Translations under genes and position numbers: made by a program
The notes under the pieces: model-generated
What the model was told of the DNA's origin: nothing
The model's database searches: none
The model's input: only the letters and a program-made list of their open reading frames with translations
NCBI GenBank assembly: GCA_036123135.1
Contig: JAZADZ010000102.1
Coordinates: 7,767 to 71,766 of the forward strand
Source: Bacteroidota bacterium
GTDB taxonomy: Bacteria; Bacteroidota; Bacteroidia; Flavobacteriales_D; Parvicellaceae
Length of the DNA stretch: 64,000 nucleotides
Direction: 5' to 3'
Shown: positions 18,307-29,101 of the stretch, in pieces
Layout: every line of letters starts with the position of its first letter
Numbering within the stretch: the first letter of the stretch is position 1

Positions 18307-19164
18307 CTACCTATATGAACCAAAAAGTGATGTTGCTTTTACAATTGATCGATTTAAAGCGTGTTGGTCAAGGTTGTGCTTTATCTTATTTTTATTGAAA
18401 AATGACACCACGTTTTCGGTGGCCATATTTCCTGTAAGTTCATCTTTTGCCATAGGACAACCACCTAATCCACCAATTGCGCTATCGAATCGAATGCATT
18501 TACTATCAACAGCACTTTTAATTTTCTCTTCCCAAGTTTTTGGCGTAGTATGCAAATGAGCACCAAATTCAACAGATGGAAATTCATCAATTAGTTTTTT
18601 AAATAGCCAAGAAATATTTTCTTTGGTACTCGTTCCAATGGTATCACTTAAGGAAAGAATACTTATTCCAAATTCACTAAGTAATTTTTCAGACCAATGC
18701 GCAACAATATATGGACTCCATTCATCACCATATGGATTTCCAAATGCCATTGAAAAATATGTCACCAATTTTTTATTACTGTTGATGCAAATTGACTGTA
18801 CCTCCTCAAGTCTTTTTAAAGAGTTTTTAATGTCAGAGTTGATATTTTTTCGCTGGAATGTTTCAGAAATTGAAAAAGGAAAACCCAAATAGGAAATCTC
18901 ATCATAGCTTGCTGCCTGTTTAGCACCTCTTTTATTTGCAACAATGACCAATAATTTAGATACTGAATCTAAAATTCGAAGCTTAGGAATAATTTCGGGA
19001 GTGTCTGCCATTTGAGGAATGACTTTTGAAGAAACAAAGCTACCAACATCAATAGTGTCGAAACCAACTTCAAGCAGAGAGTTGATGTAATCGATTTTAA
19101 GCTCAGTTGGAATAAAGCTCTTAATTCCTTGCATAGCATCTCTTGGACACTCAACTAACTTCAT
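18307..19164 (-). CDS. Hydroxymethylglutaryl-CoA lyase (HMGL-like, pyruvate carboxyltransferase fold)
   Basis: MKLVECPRDAMQG...IDYINSLLEVGFDTIDVGSFVS.KVIPQMADT and GAHLHTT...GGLGGCP motifs. Confidence 0.85.
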   Translation of the reverse strand: MKLVECPRDAMQGIKSFIPTELKIDYINSLLEVGFDTIDVGSFVSSKVIPQMADTPEIIPKLRILDSVSKLLVIVANKRGAKQAASYDEISYLGFPFSISETFQRKNINSDIKNSLKRLEEVQSICINSNKKLVTYFSMAFGNPYGDEWSPYIVAHWSEKLLSEFGISILSLSDTIGTSTKENISWLFKKLIDEFPSVEFGAHLHTTPKTWEEKIKSAVDSKCIRFDSAIGGLGGCPMAKDELTGNMATENVVSFFNKNKIKHNLDQHALNRSIVKATSLFGSYR

Positions 19165-19202
19165 GAATTTTTTTAAGTAAAATTAACTATATATTGACAA
19201 CT

Positions 19203-21458
19203 TTACTTCACCATAAATTTTGAAACAACCTTATCTCCATTAATGGTAGCAGCAATTTTGTAAATTCCTGTTCTATATCCGGAAATAGAAATGATTTCTT
19301 GATGTGTTCCAGCATTAAGGCCACTGAGCTCAACTTGTTGAACAAGTTGTCCAATTCCATTTAAAATTGAAAATGTGACATCAGCATCTTCATTTAAGTT
19401 GAATGATACTGTAAGAGCTTCATTTGTGGATATTGGATTTGGAAAGACTGTAAAGGTAGGTTCAACATCGACACCTGGCTCAATAACTTTAACATTTCCT
19501 TGATATGGACGGAAGTTGTAGTTGGTTCCAACAACAGTTAAATCTACAATGGAATCCAACGCAGGGAATGAAATGGTAACCTCGCCATTTGCATCAACAA
19601 GGCCAGTTCCAAGCTGATTATTGCCTTGTGTCAGACAAATTAATGCACCTTCAGCATTACAATTGCTAATGGTAAGGGAGGAAGATCCAAGCTCAAGTTC
19701 AGTTGCATGGGAAGCAATCAAATCTGTAGGATTTAACGTTCTAATTTTGACAGAGGGGTCACCAAAAAATATCCAGGTTTCAACAACCTCCCTACCGGAA
19801 TTGTTGTAAGCATCCATCATATCCATTTGTCCGTTATAAAACAACCCACCTAAAGTAAACTTTTTGTTTTGCGCATAGCTCTCAACGAGAATATCAACAA
19901 CTTCATCTTGAGATGCCATTGGAGGAGCCCATGACATAAGGATAGATGAACCACAGACTGAAATAGCACCAGTAGGAGATCCAGACTGCTCGGCCAACAT
20001 AAACTGCTCAGAGAGGCATGTACCATTGGTAAAAGTTCCATTATTGCAAGCCACAGAAATTACAAATGGATACTTTCCTTGATTGTTACATTGATTAATG
20101 TGAGTAGAGCTAAAGTTTCCAGTTGCACAGCTATTCTGAGCACCGTGACCTGTATAATTAAACAAAGTGACTCCAGCATTTACAGCATTTTTTATCATAT
20201 TACTGTTGGGGCTTCCGTTTGCATCTTGCCCACCATGAGACCCATCATAAAACTCAAAAACTTCAGTGAAACCATAATTCATAAGATCTGTTCTTATGTT
20301 TCTAAGGTGCTGCCAATCAGCTTCACCGTTGTCGCCATAACCCTGCCCTTCATCAGAACCAATTCCTAGGGCTTTTTGATACCAATCGCCAGAAACTGGA
20401 GATATTTCGTATTCCATATTTCTTGAAAGTATTGTTTGTAAATCGGTAGAGTTTGATGCACTAAATCTTCCAACAAAAACATCAGGATACCAGTCGTTAT
20501 TTCCAGCTAGAAGACCATATTTAGAATCAGACCATTTTATTTCCTGACCAGTACTTCCAGCATTGTATGACTTAACATCAGCATGATCACCAACAATCAA
20601 TAAATACACCAAATCAGGGTTTGATGTGTAATAATTTTTAACATAATTGTAAATTGAGGATTGATTATTTCCAATCGATGATATTGGCACAAGTTCAGTA
20701 GTCATTCCCTTTGAAAACTTCCAATTTAAAAATCCTTCCATATCATCCATTAAATCGTCTTTACAAATTACGAGCATTGAACCATCTTCTTCAACAGGTG
20801 TATATTTTTCGGATTTGTAATTGATAAATCTTCTAGAATTTATATTGTTTATGTGCCTATTGAGGACATTTGAAGAATTGATTTCATTAATACCAGATTT
20901 CTTCTCGTTGAATTGTACTTTTAACTCAATATTTGTATAGACTCTAAGCACATTGGTTACTGGATTGTATTGGAAAGGTATAATCTCGATAGATTGTCCT
21001 CTAACCGAACGAAAAATAAAAGGATTGTTCAGCGAAATCATATTTTCAGGATAGAATGCGTCAGAATTGTATGTATTCGATTTGGTAAAAGGAACTAAAG
21101 AAGGATCAACGTTTCTTTTCAAATTTCCTTTGGAAGGAGCTATGAAAATATTTTCGTATTCCTTGAAAGAGGATGAGATTATGGTATAGGAAGAAGAACC
21201 GGTTGCAGGTAATTCTATGGCACAAGTCAGCCTAGGAAGATTTGGATTTCCAAGAGAAAGCGATGGATAGGTATTCTGAGCAATAATTTTGGAATGCATT
21301 ACACCACTTATTTCTTCAAAAGGAACTATGGAATATTCATTAAAATCAACGGAAATTGTCAAAGAATTTTGATTTTCGTTAACAAGCTTGACTTCGTTGG
21401 AAGCAAATAATTGAAAAGAAGTTAAAAAAAGAAGAAAAAGGGTAATTATTTTTTTCAT
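19203..21458 (-). CDS. Peptidase C25 (gingipain-like cysteine protease) with T9SS C-terminal domain
   Basis: Signal peptide and propeptide-like N-terminus. YLLIVGDHADV, catalytic-His context NYTGHG, catalytic-Cys context VISVACNNG. C-terminal FPNPISTNEALTVSFNL...GIYKIAATINGDKVVSKFMVK sorting domain. Confidence 0.8.
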   Translation of the reverse strand: MKKIITLFLLFLTSFQLFASNEVKLVNENQNSLTISVDFNEYSIVPFEEISGVMHSKIIAQNTYPSLSLGNPNLPRLTCAIELPATGSSSYTIISSSFKEYENIFIAPSKGNLKRNVDPSLVPFTKSNTYNSDAFYPENMISLNNPFIFRSVRGQSIEIIPFQYNPVTNVLRVYTNIELKVQFNEKKSGINEINSSNVLNRHINNINSRRFINYKSEKYTPVEEDGSMLVICKDDLMDDMEGFLNWKFSKGMTTELVPISSIGNNQSSIYNYVKNYYTSNPDLVYLLIVGDHADVKSYNAGSTGQEIKWSDSKYGLLAGNNDWYPDVFVGRFSASNSTDLQTILSRNMEYEISPVSGDWYQKALGIGSDEGQGYGDNGEADWQHLRNIRTDLMNYGFTEVFEFYDGSHGGQDANGSPNSNMIKNAVNAGVTLFNYTGHGAQNSCATGNFSSTHINQCNNQGKYPFVISVACNNGTFTNGTCLSEQFMLAEQSGSPTGAISVCGSSILMSWAPPMASQDEVVDILVESYAQNKKFTLGGLFYNGQMDMMDAYNNSGREVVETWIFFGDPSVKIRTLNPTDLIASHATELELGSSSLTISNCNAEGALICLTQGNNQLGTGLVDANGEVTISFPALDSIVDLTVVGTNYNFRPYQGNVKVIEPGVDVEPTFTVFPNPISTNEALTVSFNLNEDADVTFSILNGIGQLVQQVELSGLNAGTHQEIISISGYRTGIYKIAATINGDKVVSKFMVK

Positions 21459-21634
21459 AGCATATTTTTAAAAGGAATTTAAATATACAAAAGCATTTGT
21501 ATTGTATTGGTTGCCTGTTGAACAAACAATTAACAAGAATAATTTCAAAAAATATTTGCACCTACAAATCTCTAAGCTTTCGTCGAAATATCTTCTTATA
21601 ATAGTATATTCGCAACTGAGCTAATTCAATACAC

Positions 21635-23230
21635 ATGAGCACCATTTCAGAAACTGAAAAAAGAAGAACTTTTGGAATTATTTCTCATCCTGATGCTGGT
21701 AAAACCACGCTAACAGAAAAGTTATTGCTCTTTGGAGGTGCAATTCAATCTGCAGGAGCAGTTAAAAGCAATAAAATAAAAAAGTCTGCTACGTCAGATT
21801 TTATGGAAATTGAAAAACAAAGAGGAATTTCAGTTGCTACTTCAGTAATGGCTTTTAACTACCTAAACAAGCAAATTAATATTCTAGACACACCCGGTCA
21901 CAAAGATTTTGCTGAAGACACCTACAGAACGCTTACAGCAGTAGATAGTGTAATTATGGTTATTGATTGTGCTAATGGGGTTGAAGCTCAAACGGAAAAA
22001 TTGATGGAGGTTTGTAGGATGAGGGATACTCCAGTAATTGTCTTTATCAATAAAATGGACAGAGAAGGCAAAGATGCCTTTGATTTACTTGACGAAATTG
22101 AAGAAAAGCTATCAATAAACGTAAAACCTATGAGTTGGCCAATAGGTATTGGCGCTACTTTTAAAGGGGTGTACAACATGCACAAAACCAATTTAAATCT
22201 ATTTGATGGAAATAAAACAGGAATTGAAAAAAACGTAATATCTATTGATAATTTAAGAGATTCCAATCTAGATAGTATTATTGGCCAGGAGGAAGCAAAT
22301 GTATTGAGAGATGAGGTTGAATTGATTGAAGAGGTATATGGAGATTTTGATTCCGAAAGTTATCTTGCTGGAAAAGTTGCTCCTGTTTTCTTTGGATCAG
22401 CACTTAATAATTTTGGAGTTCAGGAACTTTTGGAAACTTTCATTGAAATATCTCCGACTCCAAGAGGAAGATTAACGGATCAAAGAATCATTCTTCCAGA
22501 TGAACAAAAATTTAGTGGTTTCGTTTTTAAAATACATGCTAACATAGATCCCAAACATAGAGATAGAATAGCATTTTTACGAATCGTTTCTGGAAAATTT
22601 CAGCGCAATACATTTTACAAACACATAAGACTCAACAAAAAATTAAAATTTCCCAACCCAACAAGTTTCATGGCCTCCAGCAAAGAGGTGGTTGATGAAG
22701 CTTATCCAGGTGATGTTATCGGTCTCTACGATTCTGGTAATTTCAAAATTGGTGATACGCTCACTGAGGGAGAAAATTTCAATTTCAAGGGGATTCCTAG
22801 TTTTTCGCCCGAATTATTCAAAGAAATTCAAAACGAAAATCCAATGAAGACAAAGCAACTTGAAAAAGGGGTTGCCCAACTAACAGACGAAGGGGTTGCT
22901 CAACTTTTTACACTGCAACCAGGAAACAGAAAAGTTATTGGAACTGTTGGTGAATTACAATTTGAAGTAATTCAATATCGATTAGAGCATGAATACGGTG
23001 CCTCGTGTAGTTTTACTGCAAAAAACTTCCATAAAGCATGCTGGATGACGTCTGAAGACTCATCAAAAATTGATGACTTTATAAAAAGAAAAGTAGGTAA
23101 TATTGGATACGATAAAGATCAAAATCCAGTGTTTTTAGCTCCATCCGTTTTTCTACTCAACCAAGCAGAAAGTGACTATCCCGAAATTACTTTTCATAAG
23201 AATTCTGAATTCAAATTAGATGAAAATTAA
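21635..23230 (+). CDS. prfC: Peptide chain release factor 3
   Basis: [37 protein letters not shown] and NKMDR GTPase motifs. Length 531 aa. Confidence 0.95.
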   Translation: MSTISETEKRRTFGIISHPDAGKTTLTEKLLLFGGAIQSAGAVKSNKIKKSATSDFMEIEKQRGISVATSVMAFNYLNKQINILDTPGHKDFAEDTYRTLTAVDSVIMVIDCANGVEAQTEKLMEVCRMRDTPVIVFINKMDREGKDAFDLLDEIEEKLSINVKPMSWPIGIGATFKGVYNMHKTNLNLFDGNKTGIEKNVISIDNLRDSNLDSIIGQEEANVLRDEVELIEEVYGDFDSESYLAGKVAPVFFGSALNNFGVQELLETFIEISPTPRGRLTDQRIILPDEQKFSGFVFKIHANIDPKHRDRIAFLRIVSGKFQRNTFYKHIRLNKKLKFPNPTSFMASSKEVVDEAYPGDVIGLYDSGNFKIGDTLTEGENFNFKGIPSFSPELFKEIQNENPMKTKQLEKGVAQLTDEGVAQLFTLQPGNRKVIGTVGELQFEVIQYRLEHEYGASCSFTAKNFHKACWMTSEDSSKIDDFIKRKVGNIGYDKDQNPVFLAPSVFLLNQAESDYPEITFHKNSEFKLDEN

Positions 23231-23657
23231 AGTTGACAACTTTAACATAAGAGTTTATGCACTTATTCAAAATGGTCGAAAAATTTTGTTGAGTCACGAG
23301 CTCATCAACAACAAAAGAGTACAAAAATTTCCAGGTGGAGGAGTTGAATACGGAGAAGGAATTGTTGAAGCTCTTCAACGAGAAGCGATTGAGGAAATGA
23401 ATTTAACACTTAAAGAAATAAAACACTTTTACACCACTGATTTCTTCCAACAAAGTTCTTTCAATAAAAACGATCAACTTATATCAATTTATTATACCGC
23501 AAATCTTAGTAAAAATATTTTTGGAAGTAAGCTCACAAAAAATCCAAGTAAAAACCATCCTGCTTTCTGTTGGCATAATCTTAACGAAATAAGCGATAAA
23601 GATTTTCATTTTCCAATTGATAAGTACGTTTATTCAATGCTTAAAAAAAACTATTGA
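23220..23657 (+). CDS. NUDIX hydrolase
   Basis: Nudix box [24 protein letters not shown]. Confidence 0.85.
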   Translation: MKIKVDNFNIRVYALIQNGRKILLSHELINNKRVQKFPGGGVEYGEGIVEALQREAIEEMNLTLKEIKHFYTTDFFQQSSFNKNDQLISIYYTANLSKNIFGSKLTKNPSKNHPAFCWHNLNEISDKDFHFPIDKYVYSMLKKNY

Positions 23658-23712
23658 GGCAAAAATTAATACTTTTAATAAGTTTAAATTTTATTCAAAT
23701 TTTTTAAGTACC

Positions 23713-24477
23713 ATGTTTTTCAGAAAAATAATTCTGCTTTTTTGTTCTACATTTTTATTTTTTTGGATGTCCGCCCAAGATCAAAATGATTTTGAATCTT
23801 GGACTTCTGTTGGAATTGAAAAAAAGTTATTTGACAAAACTTTAACCCTTTCTTTATCTGAACAAGTTAGATTAGAAAACAACAGTTCGAATATGGATCT
23901 GTTTTTTACTCAATTAGGCGTTAAATATCAATTTTTTAAGAACTGGAGTATAGCATTTGGATACAGATTAATGAGAGAAAATGAAGGCAATAAAGACTTA
24001 TCCAAACATTCTAGATGGCATACAGATCTTTCGTTCAAACATAAAATGAACCGTTTTGGAATTTCATATCGATTTAGATTCCAACAGAAAAGTTCAATTT
24101 CAGAAAATTACCTGCCAATAAACAAAATGAGATTTAGATTAAAAACTTCATACAACATTAAGGATTGGAAATGGGACCCCTATTTTACGAGCGAGCTGTT
24201 CCACATCCAAAAACGAATTTCCATAGAAAATTATGTTCCATCCGTAGCACAAAGTAACTTTTCAATTGTTGGTTTCGAAAAGATTAGATTTAGTTTTGGA
24301 ACTTCAAAAAAAGTTAAAAATTTGGGGAAACTTAATCTTTTTTACAGATTTGAACACGAATTTAATGGGTACCCCTATTCCATTTCTGGTATGGAAGATT
24401 GGTCCTCCTCTACCCACGCTTTAACAGGGTTTAAAAATTGGCACATTATTGGCTTAAATTTCAACTTCAACATATGA
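23713..24477 (+). CDS. DUF2490-like outer-membrane beta-barrel protein
   Basis: I prefer the ATG at 23713 (MFFRKIILLFCSTFLFFWMSAQ signal peptide) to the track start 23617. Alternating aromatic beta-strand pattern; ends in F-N-I. Confidence 0.45.
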   Translation: MFFRKIILLFCSTFLFFWMSAQDQNDFESWTSVGIEKKLFDKTLTLSLSEQVRLENNSSNMDLFFTQLGVKYQFFKNWSIAFGYRLMRENEGNKDLSKHSRWHTDLSFKHKMNRFGISYRFRFQQKSSISENYLPINKMRFRLKTSYNIKDWKWDPYFTSELFHIQKRISIENYVPSVAQSNFSIVGFEKIRFSFGTSKKVKNLGKLNLFYRFEHEFNGYPYSISGMEDWSSSTHALTGFKNWHIIGLNFNFNI

Positions 24478-25880
24478 GAACTTCTCACACAATTTTAACT
24501 ATTGCTATCGGGATATCAATTTTGACAGGATGCAATAAAAACAATTCCCTAAACATTGAAGAAAGTCCAAATTATGCTTTCGTTTTCAATGACAATGAAG
24601 TACAACGAATTGACATCAAAATAAGTTCTGAATATTGGACTGTAATGCAAGAAGATCTTGTTGAAGTGTTAAGCTCTTCTGGGGGATCATTTGGTTTTTC
24701 AGACCAAACTCCTGTTTATGTTCCATGTCAGGTATTTCACAATCAGAGACAATGGTATGATGTTGGAATTCGATATAAAGGAAACTCGAGTTTGAATTTT
24801 GCCTACAACGACAACATTAATAAATTACCATTCAGATTAGAATTCAACCATTTTGAGGACGAGAATCCATTACTAAACAACCAATCTTTCTACGGATTTA
24901 AACAACTATCATTTGGAAATAATTTTAAAGATGAATCATTCATTCACGAAAAATTAGCTTCAGATATATATCGTGAATTTGGAGTTCCTTGCTCAAAAAC
25001 AGCATTTTGCAGAGTATATATCGACCATGGTGATGGACCAGTTTATTATGGTATGTACACAATGATTGAAGTAGTTTTTGACACGATGCTTTCAGATTAT
25101 TTTAACAATAATGACGGGAATTGCTACAAGCCAGATGGTGACGGAGCAAAATTAAATGATCCAGGTTTAATAAGCTCAGAATTTTTTATCAATAAAGCAA
25201 AAAATCCTGGATCTTTATTAGACGTTACAAATTTTGTTAGTGCTCTTCTTTCAAACCAGCGAACATCTAACCCATCACTTTGGAGATCTAATCTAGAATC
25301 CACATTCAATGTATCACTATTTTTAAAATGGCTAGCGGCAAATACAACTATGCAAAATTGGGATACGTATGGAAAAATGACCCACAACTATTACATGTAC
25401 AACAATTCTTCTACTGGAAAGCTTTGCTGGATCCCATGGGACAATAATGAAACTTTTATTGGAACTTCAACTGGTGGCGGTGGTGGTGGTCCCGGAGGTG
25501 GCGGACCTGGTGGCGGCGGACCTGGTGGCGGCGGACCAGAAGTTTTAGCATTTGATTTTTCAAATTTAGATCAGTTTCCACTTAGTCCAACTGGAGACGT
25601 TGCTTGGCCTTTGATTGAGTATTTGTACGAAGATTCTGAATACAAATCCATGTACGACGCATACATCGACGAATTTATTTCTAGTGCTTTTGAACCTGGA
25701 AAAGTAACTTCAAAAATTTCAACTTATCATAACCTAATTTCACCTTATATAATTGGGGAAAATGGTGAGCAGCAGGGATACACATTTTTAAATTCAAGCA
25801 ATCAATTTACTAGTTCAGAAGCCTCAATGATTTCGTTTGTTCAAAATAGAGTTGTTGAAGCAGCAAATTATACTCCCTAG
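24474..25880 (+). CDS. CotH kinase-family lipoprotein with internal Gly/Pro-rich insert
   Basis: The ATG at 24474 overlaps the upstream stop (ATGA) and gives MRTSHTILTIAIGISILTGC (lipobox). CotH-like blocks (CYKPDGDGA, NWDTYGKMTHNYYMYNN). Confidence 0.65.
   Translation: MRTSHTILTIAIGISILTGCNKNNSLNIEESPNYAFVFNDNEVQRIDIKISSEYWTVMQEDLVEVLSSSGGSFGFSDQTPVYVPCQVFHNQRQWYDVGIRYKGNSSLNFAYNDNINKLPFRLEFNHFEDENPLLNNQSFYGFKQLSFGNNFKDESFIHEKLASDIYREFGVPCSKTAFCRVYIDHGDGPVYYGMYTMIEVVFDTMLSDYFNNNDGNCYKPDGDGAKLNDPGLISSEFFINKAKNPGSLLDVTNFVSALLSNQRTSNPSLWRSNLESTFNVSLFLKWLAANTTMQNWDTYGKMTHNYYMYNNSSTGKLCWIPWDNNETFIGTSTGGGGGGPGGGGPGGGGPGGGGPEVLAFDFSNLDQFPLSPTGDVAWPLIEYLYEDSEYKSMYDAYIDEFISSAFEPGKVTSKISTYHNLISPYIIGENGEQQGYTFLNSSNQFTSSEASMISFVQNRVVEAANYTP
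25503..25532 (+). repeat. Perfect 15-nt tandem duplication (ggacctggtggcggc x2, plus a partial third) inside a 65-nt G+C-rich tract that encodes GGGGGGPGGGGPGGGGPGGGGP
   Basis: Read directly from the sequence. In frame (5 codons per unit). Confidence 0.9.
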
Positions 25881-25881
25881 C

Positions 25882-27945
25882 TTGAAAAAATTTGCATATA
25901 TAATTCCATTTTTTACCACTATAGTTTGTGCTCAACCGGGTGGAGAAAATTGTGCAACGGCAACAACTATTCCATCTATTCCATTTATTGGAATAGGCAA
26001 TACAGCGTCGGCCGATGATGATTATTTCGAGATATGTCCAGACGTGGGAAATTTGGCAGGAGCACCTGACCATGTTTATGTTTATTCAACTGGAAATAAT
26101 GTTGAATATATTGATGTAAGTTTATGTAAAAATGTTACCAATTATGACTCTCAGCTGATAGTTTATGAGAACAATTGCATAACTGCACCTTTTGCATGTC
26201 AGGAAGATGGTTGCCAATCTCCCTTCTTTTCAGCACCATACAACTCAGAGCTAGTTGGCCTTCAACTTCAACCCAACAGCGATTACTATATTGTTGTAGA
26301 CGGTTATGACGCAAATTCAACTGGAAACTATCAGCTTAATGTTGACTCAAGTAGTGCTTTTTTGCTTCCCGATTCATCAAAACTTCCCTTAATATTTATC
26401 AACACTCTTGGTCAAGAAATTGTTGATGAACCCAAAATCAATGCTCACATGGGAATTGTCTATGACACCAATGGAGGATACAACAAACCTTCAGATGCTC
26501 TAAATCATTACAACGGAGATATTGGTATTGAAATTAGAGGTTCATCTTCTACAAGTTTTCCTAAAAAAGGATATGCTGTTGAAACCCGAGATGTTTTTGG
26601 AGCCAATAATAATGTTTCACTATTTGGCATGCCAAAAGAGAATGACTGGGTATTACACGGACCATATAGTGACAAATCTTTACTGCGCAATTTTCTAAGC
26701 TACAGCTTGGGTAGAAAAATGTACAACTACTCTCCAAGAACAATATTTTGTGAACTAATTGTAAACAACCAATACCTTGGTGTATATCTTTTTACTGAAA
26801 AGATTAAAAGAGATAAAGGCAGGATAAATATCTCTACCATTGATTTAGACGATAATAGCGGAGATTCGATTACAGGTGGATACATTTTCAAGATAGATAA
26901 ATTCACAGGAGGAAATAATGACCACTGGACATCTTCATTTTTGACCAATTCTACCAACCCACAAACCATTGATTTTTTATATCACTATCCGAAAGCCGAT
27001 GAAATTAATTTCTTTCAAAAAAATTACATTCAATCGTTTGTATATGCATTTGAAAGTGCTTTATACGGCCCAAATTTCACGGATACTTTGTTGGGATACA
27101 GACAGTATGCAGACATCAATTCCTTTGTTGATTATTTCCTTTTAACAGAGTCAACCAAAGATGTTGATGGATATCGAATTAGTACCTATTTATACAAATA
27201 CAGAGACAGTAAAGGAGGAAAACTTTTTGTTGGTCCACCATGGGACTATAATCTTGGGTGGGGAAATGCGGATTATTGTGAAGGTGGGTTAACTAGCGGT
27301 TGGGCCTATGAAATCAACTCAATATGTACTGGACAATGGCAGGTTCCTTTTTGGTGGGAAAGATTGATGGAAGATCCAGAGTTTCTAAATAGAATAAATT
27401 GCAGATGGGAAGAGTTAAGAATTGGTCCATTTCACAATGACTCCATCATGCAATTCATTGATGAAAATGTATCTTTAATGGGAAATGCAATTTCAAGAAA
27501 TTTTGTAAGGTGGGATATATTAGACACCTATGTTTGGCCAAACAACTTTATAGGAACAAACTATGCTCAAGAATTGTATTACCTAAAAACATGGATTACA
27601 GATAGACTCAACTGGATGGATGATAATCTTCCTGGATCTTCAATTGACTGTACGTTTTTGAGTGAAAATGAATTCGAGTTAAATCCTACGATTTCTGTTT
27701 TCCCCAATCCATTTAGAGATCATTTTTTTATTGATATTCAACTTTCAAAACCAAGTTCTAATATTCTAATTGAGCTTTTTGATATAAATGGTAAAAAACT
27801 TCTGTCTAAAAAATTTAGCGCAATCAATAATATGGTTTTTAGCTCAGTAAAAAATCAAGAAATAGCACTCCTCCCAAGAGGTTTATTTCTAATCACAGTT
27901 TCAATTGACGATTTTCAAAGTACCTATAAGTTAATTAAACTTTAA
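25882..27945 (+). CDS. CotH kinase-family protein with N-terminal PPC-like domain and T9SS C-terminal sorting domain
   Basis: TTG at 25882 is in frame and gives MKKFAYIIPFFTTIVCAQ as a signal peptide. CotH blocks (VDGYRISTYLYKYRD, GPPWDYNLGWGNADY). C-terminal FPNPFRDHFFIDIQL...GLFLITVSIDDFQSTYKLIKL. Confidence 0.65.
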   Translation: MKKFAYIIPFFTTIVCAQPGGENCATATTIPSIPFIGIGNTASADDDYFEICPDVGNLAGAPDHVYVYSTGNNVEYIDVSLCKNVTNYDSQLIVYENNCITAPFACQEDGCQSPFFSAPYNSELVGLQLQPNSDYYIVVDGYDANSTGNYQLNVDSSSAFLLPDSSKLPLIFINTLGQEIVDEPKINAHMGIVYDTNGGYNKPSDALNHYNGDIGIEIRGSSSTSFPKKGYAVETRDVFGANNNVSLFGMPKENDWVLHGPYSDKSLLRNFLSYSLGRKMYNYSPRTIFCELIVNNQYLGVYLFTEKIKRDKGRINISTIDLDDNSGDSITGGYIFKIDKFTGGNNDHWTSSFLTNSTNPQTIDFLYHYPKADEINFFQKNYIQSFVYAFESALYGPNFTDTLLGYRQYADINSFVDYFLLTESTKDVDGYRISTYLYKYRDSKGGKLFVGPPWDYNLGWGNADYCEGGLTSGWAYEINSICTGQWQVPFWWERLMEDPEFLNRINCRWEELRIGPFHNDSIMQFIDENVSLMGNAISRNFVRWDILDTYVWPNNFIGTNYAQELYYLKTWITDRLNWMDDNLPGSSIDCTFLSENEFELNPTISVFPNPFRDHFFIDIQLSKPSSNILIELFDINGKKLLSKKFSAINNMVFSSVKNQEIALLPRGLFLITVSIDDFQSTYKLIKL

Positions 27946-27946
27946 A

Positions 27947-28375
27947 CTACTTTTCAAACAACATGTCTAGGTCTTTAAATGCTTTAAATTCCAACGCATT
28001 TCCAGATGGATCTAAAAAAAACATTGTAGCTTGCTCTCCTGGTTCCCCTTTAAATCTTACGTAAGGTTCAATCACAAACTTTATATTATAATTTCTTAGG
28101 TTTGAAGCTAATCCTTCCCATTCAGACATGGATAAAACTACACCAAAATGAGGTATAGGTACTCCATGTCCATCAACTAAATTGGTTGATACATCCGATT
28201 TTTTACCTGTCTGATGTATAACAAATTGATGACCAAAAAAATTAAAATCTACCCAAGATTCGCTCGACCTACCTTCCTTCATTTTTAAAACATCTTTGTA
28301 AAAAGATCTACACTCAGACAAGTTATGGACAGGAACTGCTAAATGGAATGGCTTTAATGGTATATCTTTTGTCAT
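27947..28375 (-). CDS. VOC family (glyoxalase/bleomycin-resistance/dioxygenase fold) protein
   Basis: PFHLAVPVHNLSECRSFY...LEFKAF pattern typical of VOC proteins. Confidence 0.6.
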   Translation of the reverse strand: MTKDIPLKPFHLAVPVHNLSECRSFYKDVLKMKEGRSSESWVDFNFFGHQFVIHQTGKKSDVSTNLVDGHGVPIPHFGVVLSMSEWEGLASNLRNYNIKFVIEPYVRFKGEPGEQATMFFLDPSGNALEFKAFKDLDMLFEK

Positions 28376-28458
28376 CTAGTTTAAAATTTGTTAACAATTG
28401 ACACTATAAATCAAAGTGTGCTTATATTAGCGCCTCATAATCAATAAATATAAAAAAT

Positions 28459-29100
28459 ATGTCAACTTTTGTAGGAAAAAAATTCCCAAATATGAGTGTT
28501 GATGCCATGGATGAAATGGGCGACACCATTCAAGTAAATGTTTTCGAAGAAGCAACAAAAAACAATAAAAAAGTAGTTTTATTTTGGTACCCTAAAGACT
28601 TCACATATGTATGTCCAACAGAGCTTCATGCTTTTCAAGAAGCTTTGCCTGAGTTTGAAAAAAGGAATACTGTTGTTATTGGTGCTTCATGCGACACTGC
28701 TGAGGTTCATTTTGCATGGCTGAATACTTCAAAAGACAATGGAGGAATTGAAGGAGTAACATACCCAATTCTTGCAGACACCAACAGAAACTTAGCCAAT
28801 ATTTTAGGAGTTCTTGATGTTTCCAGTGAAAGATACGACGAAGATTACGATGCAATTCAACTTGAAGGAGGAAACATTCCTTACAGAGCAACATTTATTC
28901 TCGATGAGCAAGGAATGGTATTTCATCAGGGAATAAATTTCTTTCCTGTTGGAAGAAATGTGAATGAAATTTTAAGACTAGTTGATGCATATGCTCACAA
29001 TCAAAAATTTGGTGAGGTTTGTCCTGCAAATTGGGAAGAGGGAAAAGACGCTATGAAAGAAAACAGAGATGGTGTTGCCGATTACCTTTCAAAACACTAA
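28459..29100 (+). CDS. Typical 2-Cys peroxiredoxin (AhpC/Prx1 type)
   Basis: FWYPKDFTYVCPTE peroxidatic-Cys motif and resolving Cys in GEVCPANW. Confidence 0.9.
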   Translation: MSTFVGKKFPNMSVDAMDEMGDTIQVNVFEEATKNNKKVVLFWYPKDFTYVCPTELHAFQEALPEFEKRNTVVIGASCDTAEVHFAWLNTSKDNGGIEGVTYPILADTNRNLANILGVLDVSSERYDEDYDAIQLEGGNIPYRATFILDEQGMVFHQGINFFPVGRNVNEILRLVDAYAHNQKFGEVCPANWEEGKDAMKENRDGVADYLSKH

Positions 29101-29101
29101 A

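Noticed and set aside
21459-21634. Divergent promoter region between the C25 peptidase gene and prfC
   Set aside because: I searched for TAnnTTTG on both strands. Only near-misses turned up (aatatttg), so no promoter is called.
25473-25537. GC-rich island, considered as foreign insertion, G-quadruplex regulator or CRISPR repeat
   Set aside because: It is in frame within the CotH-like ORF and simply encodes Gly/Pro. It is reported only as a possible slippage-prone linker.
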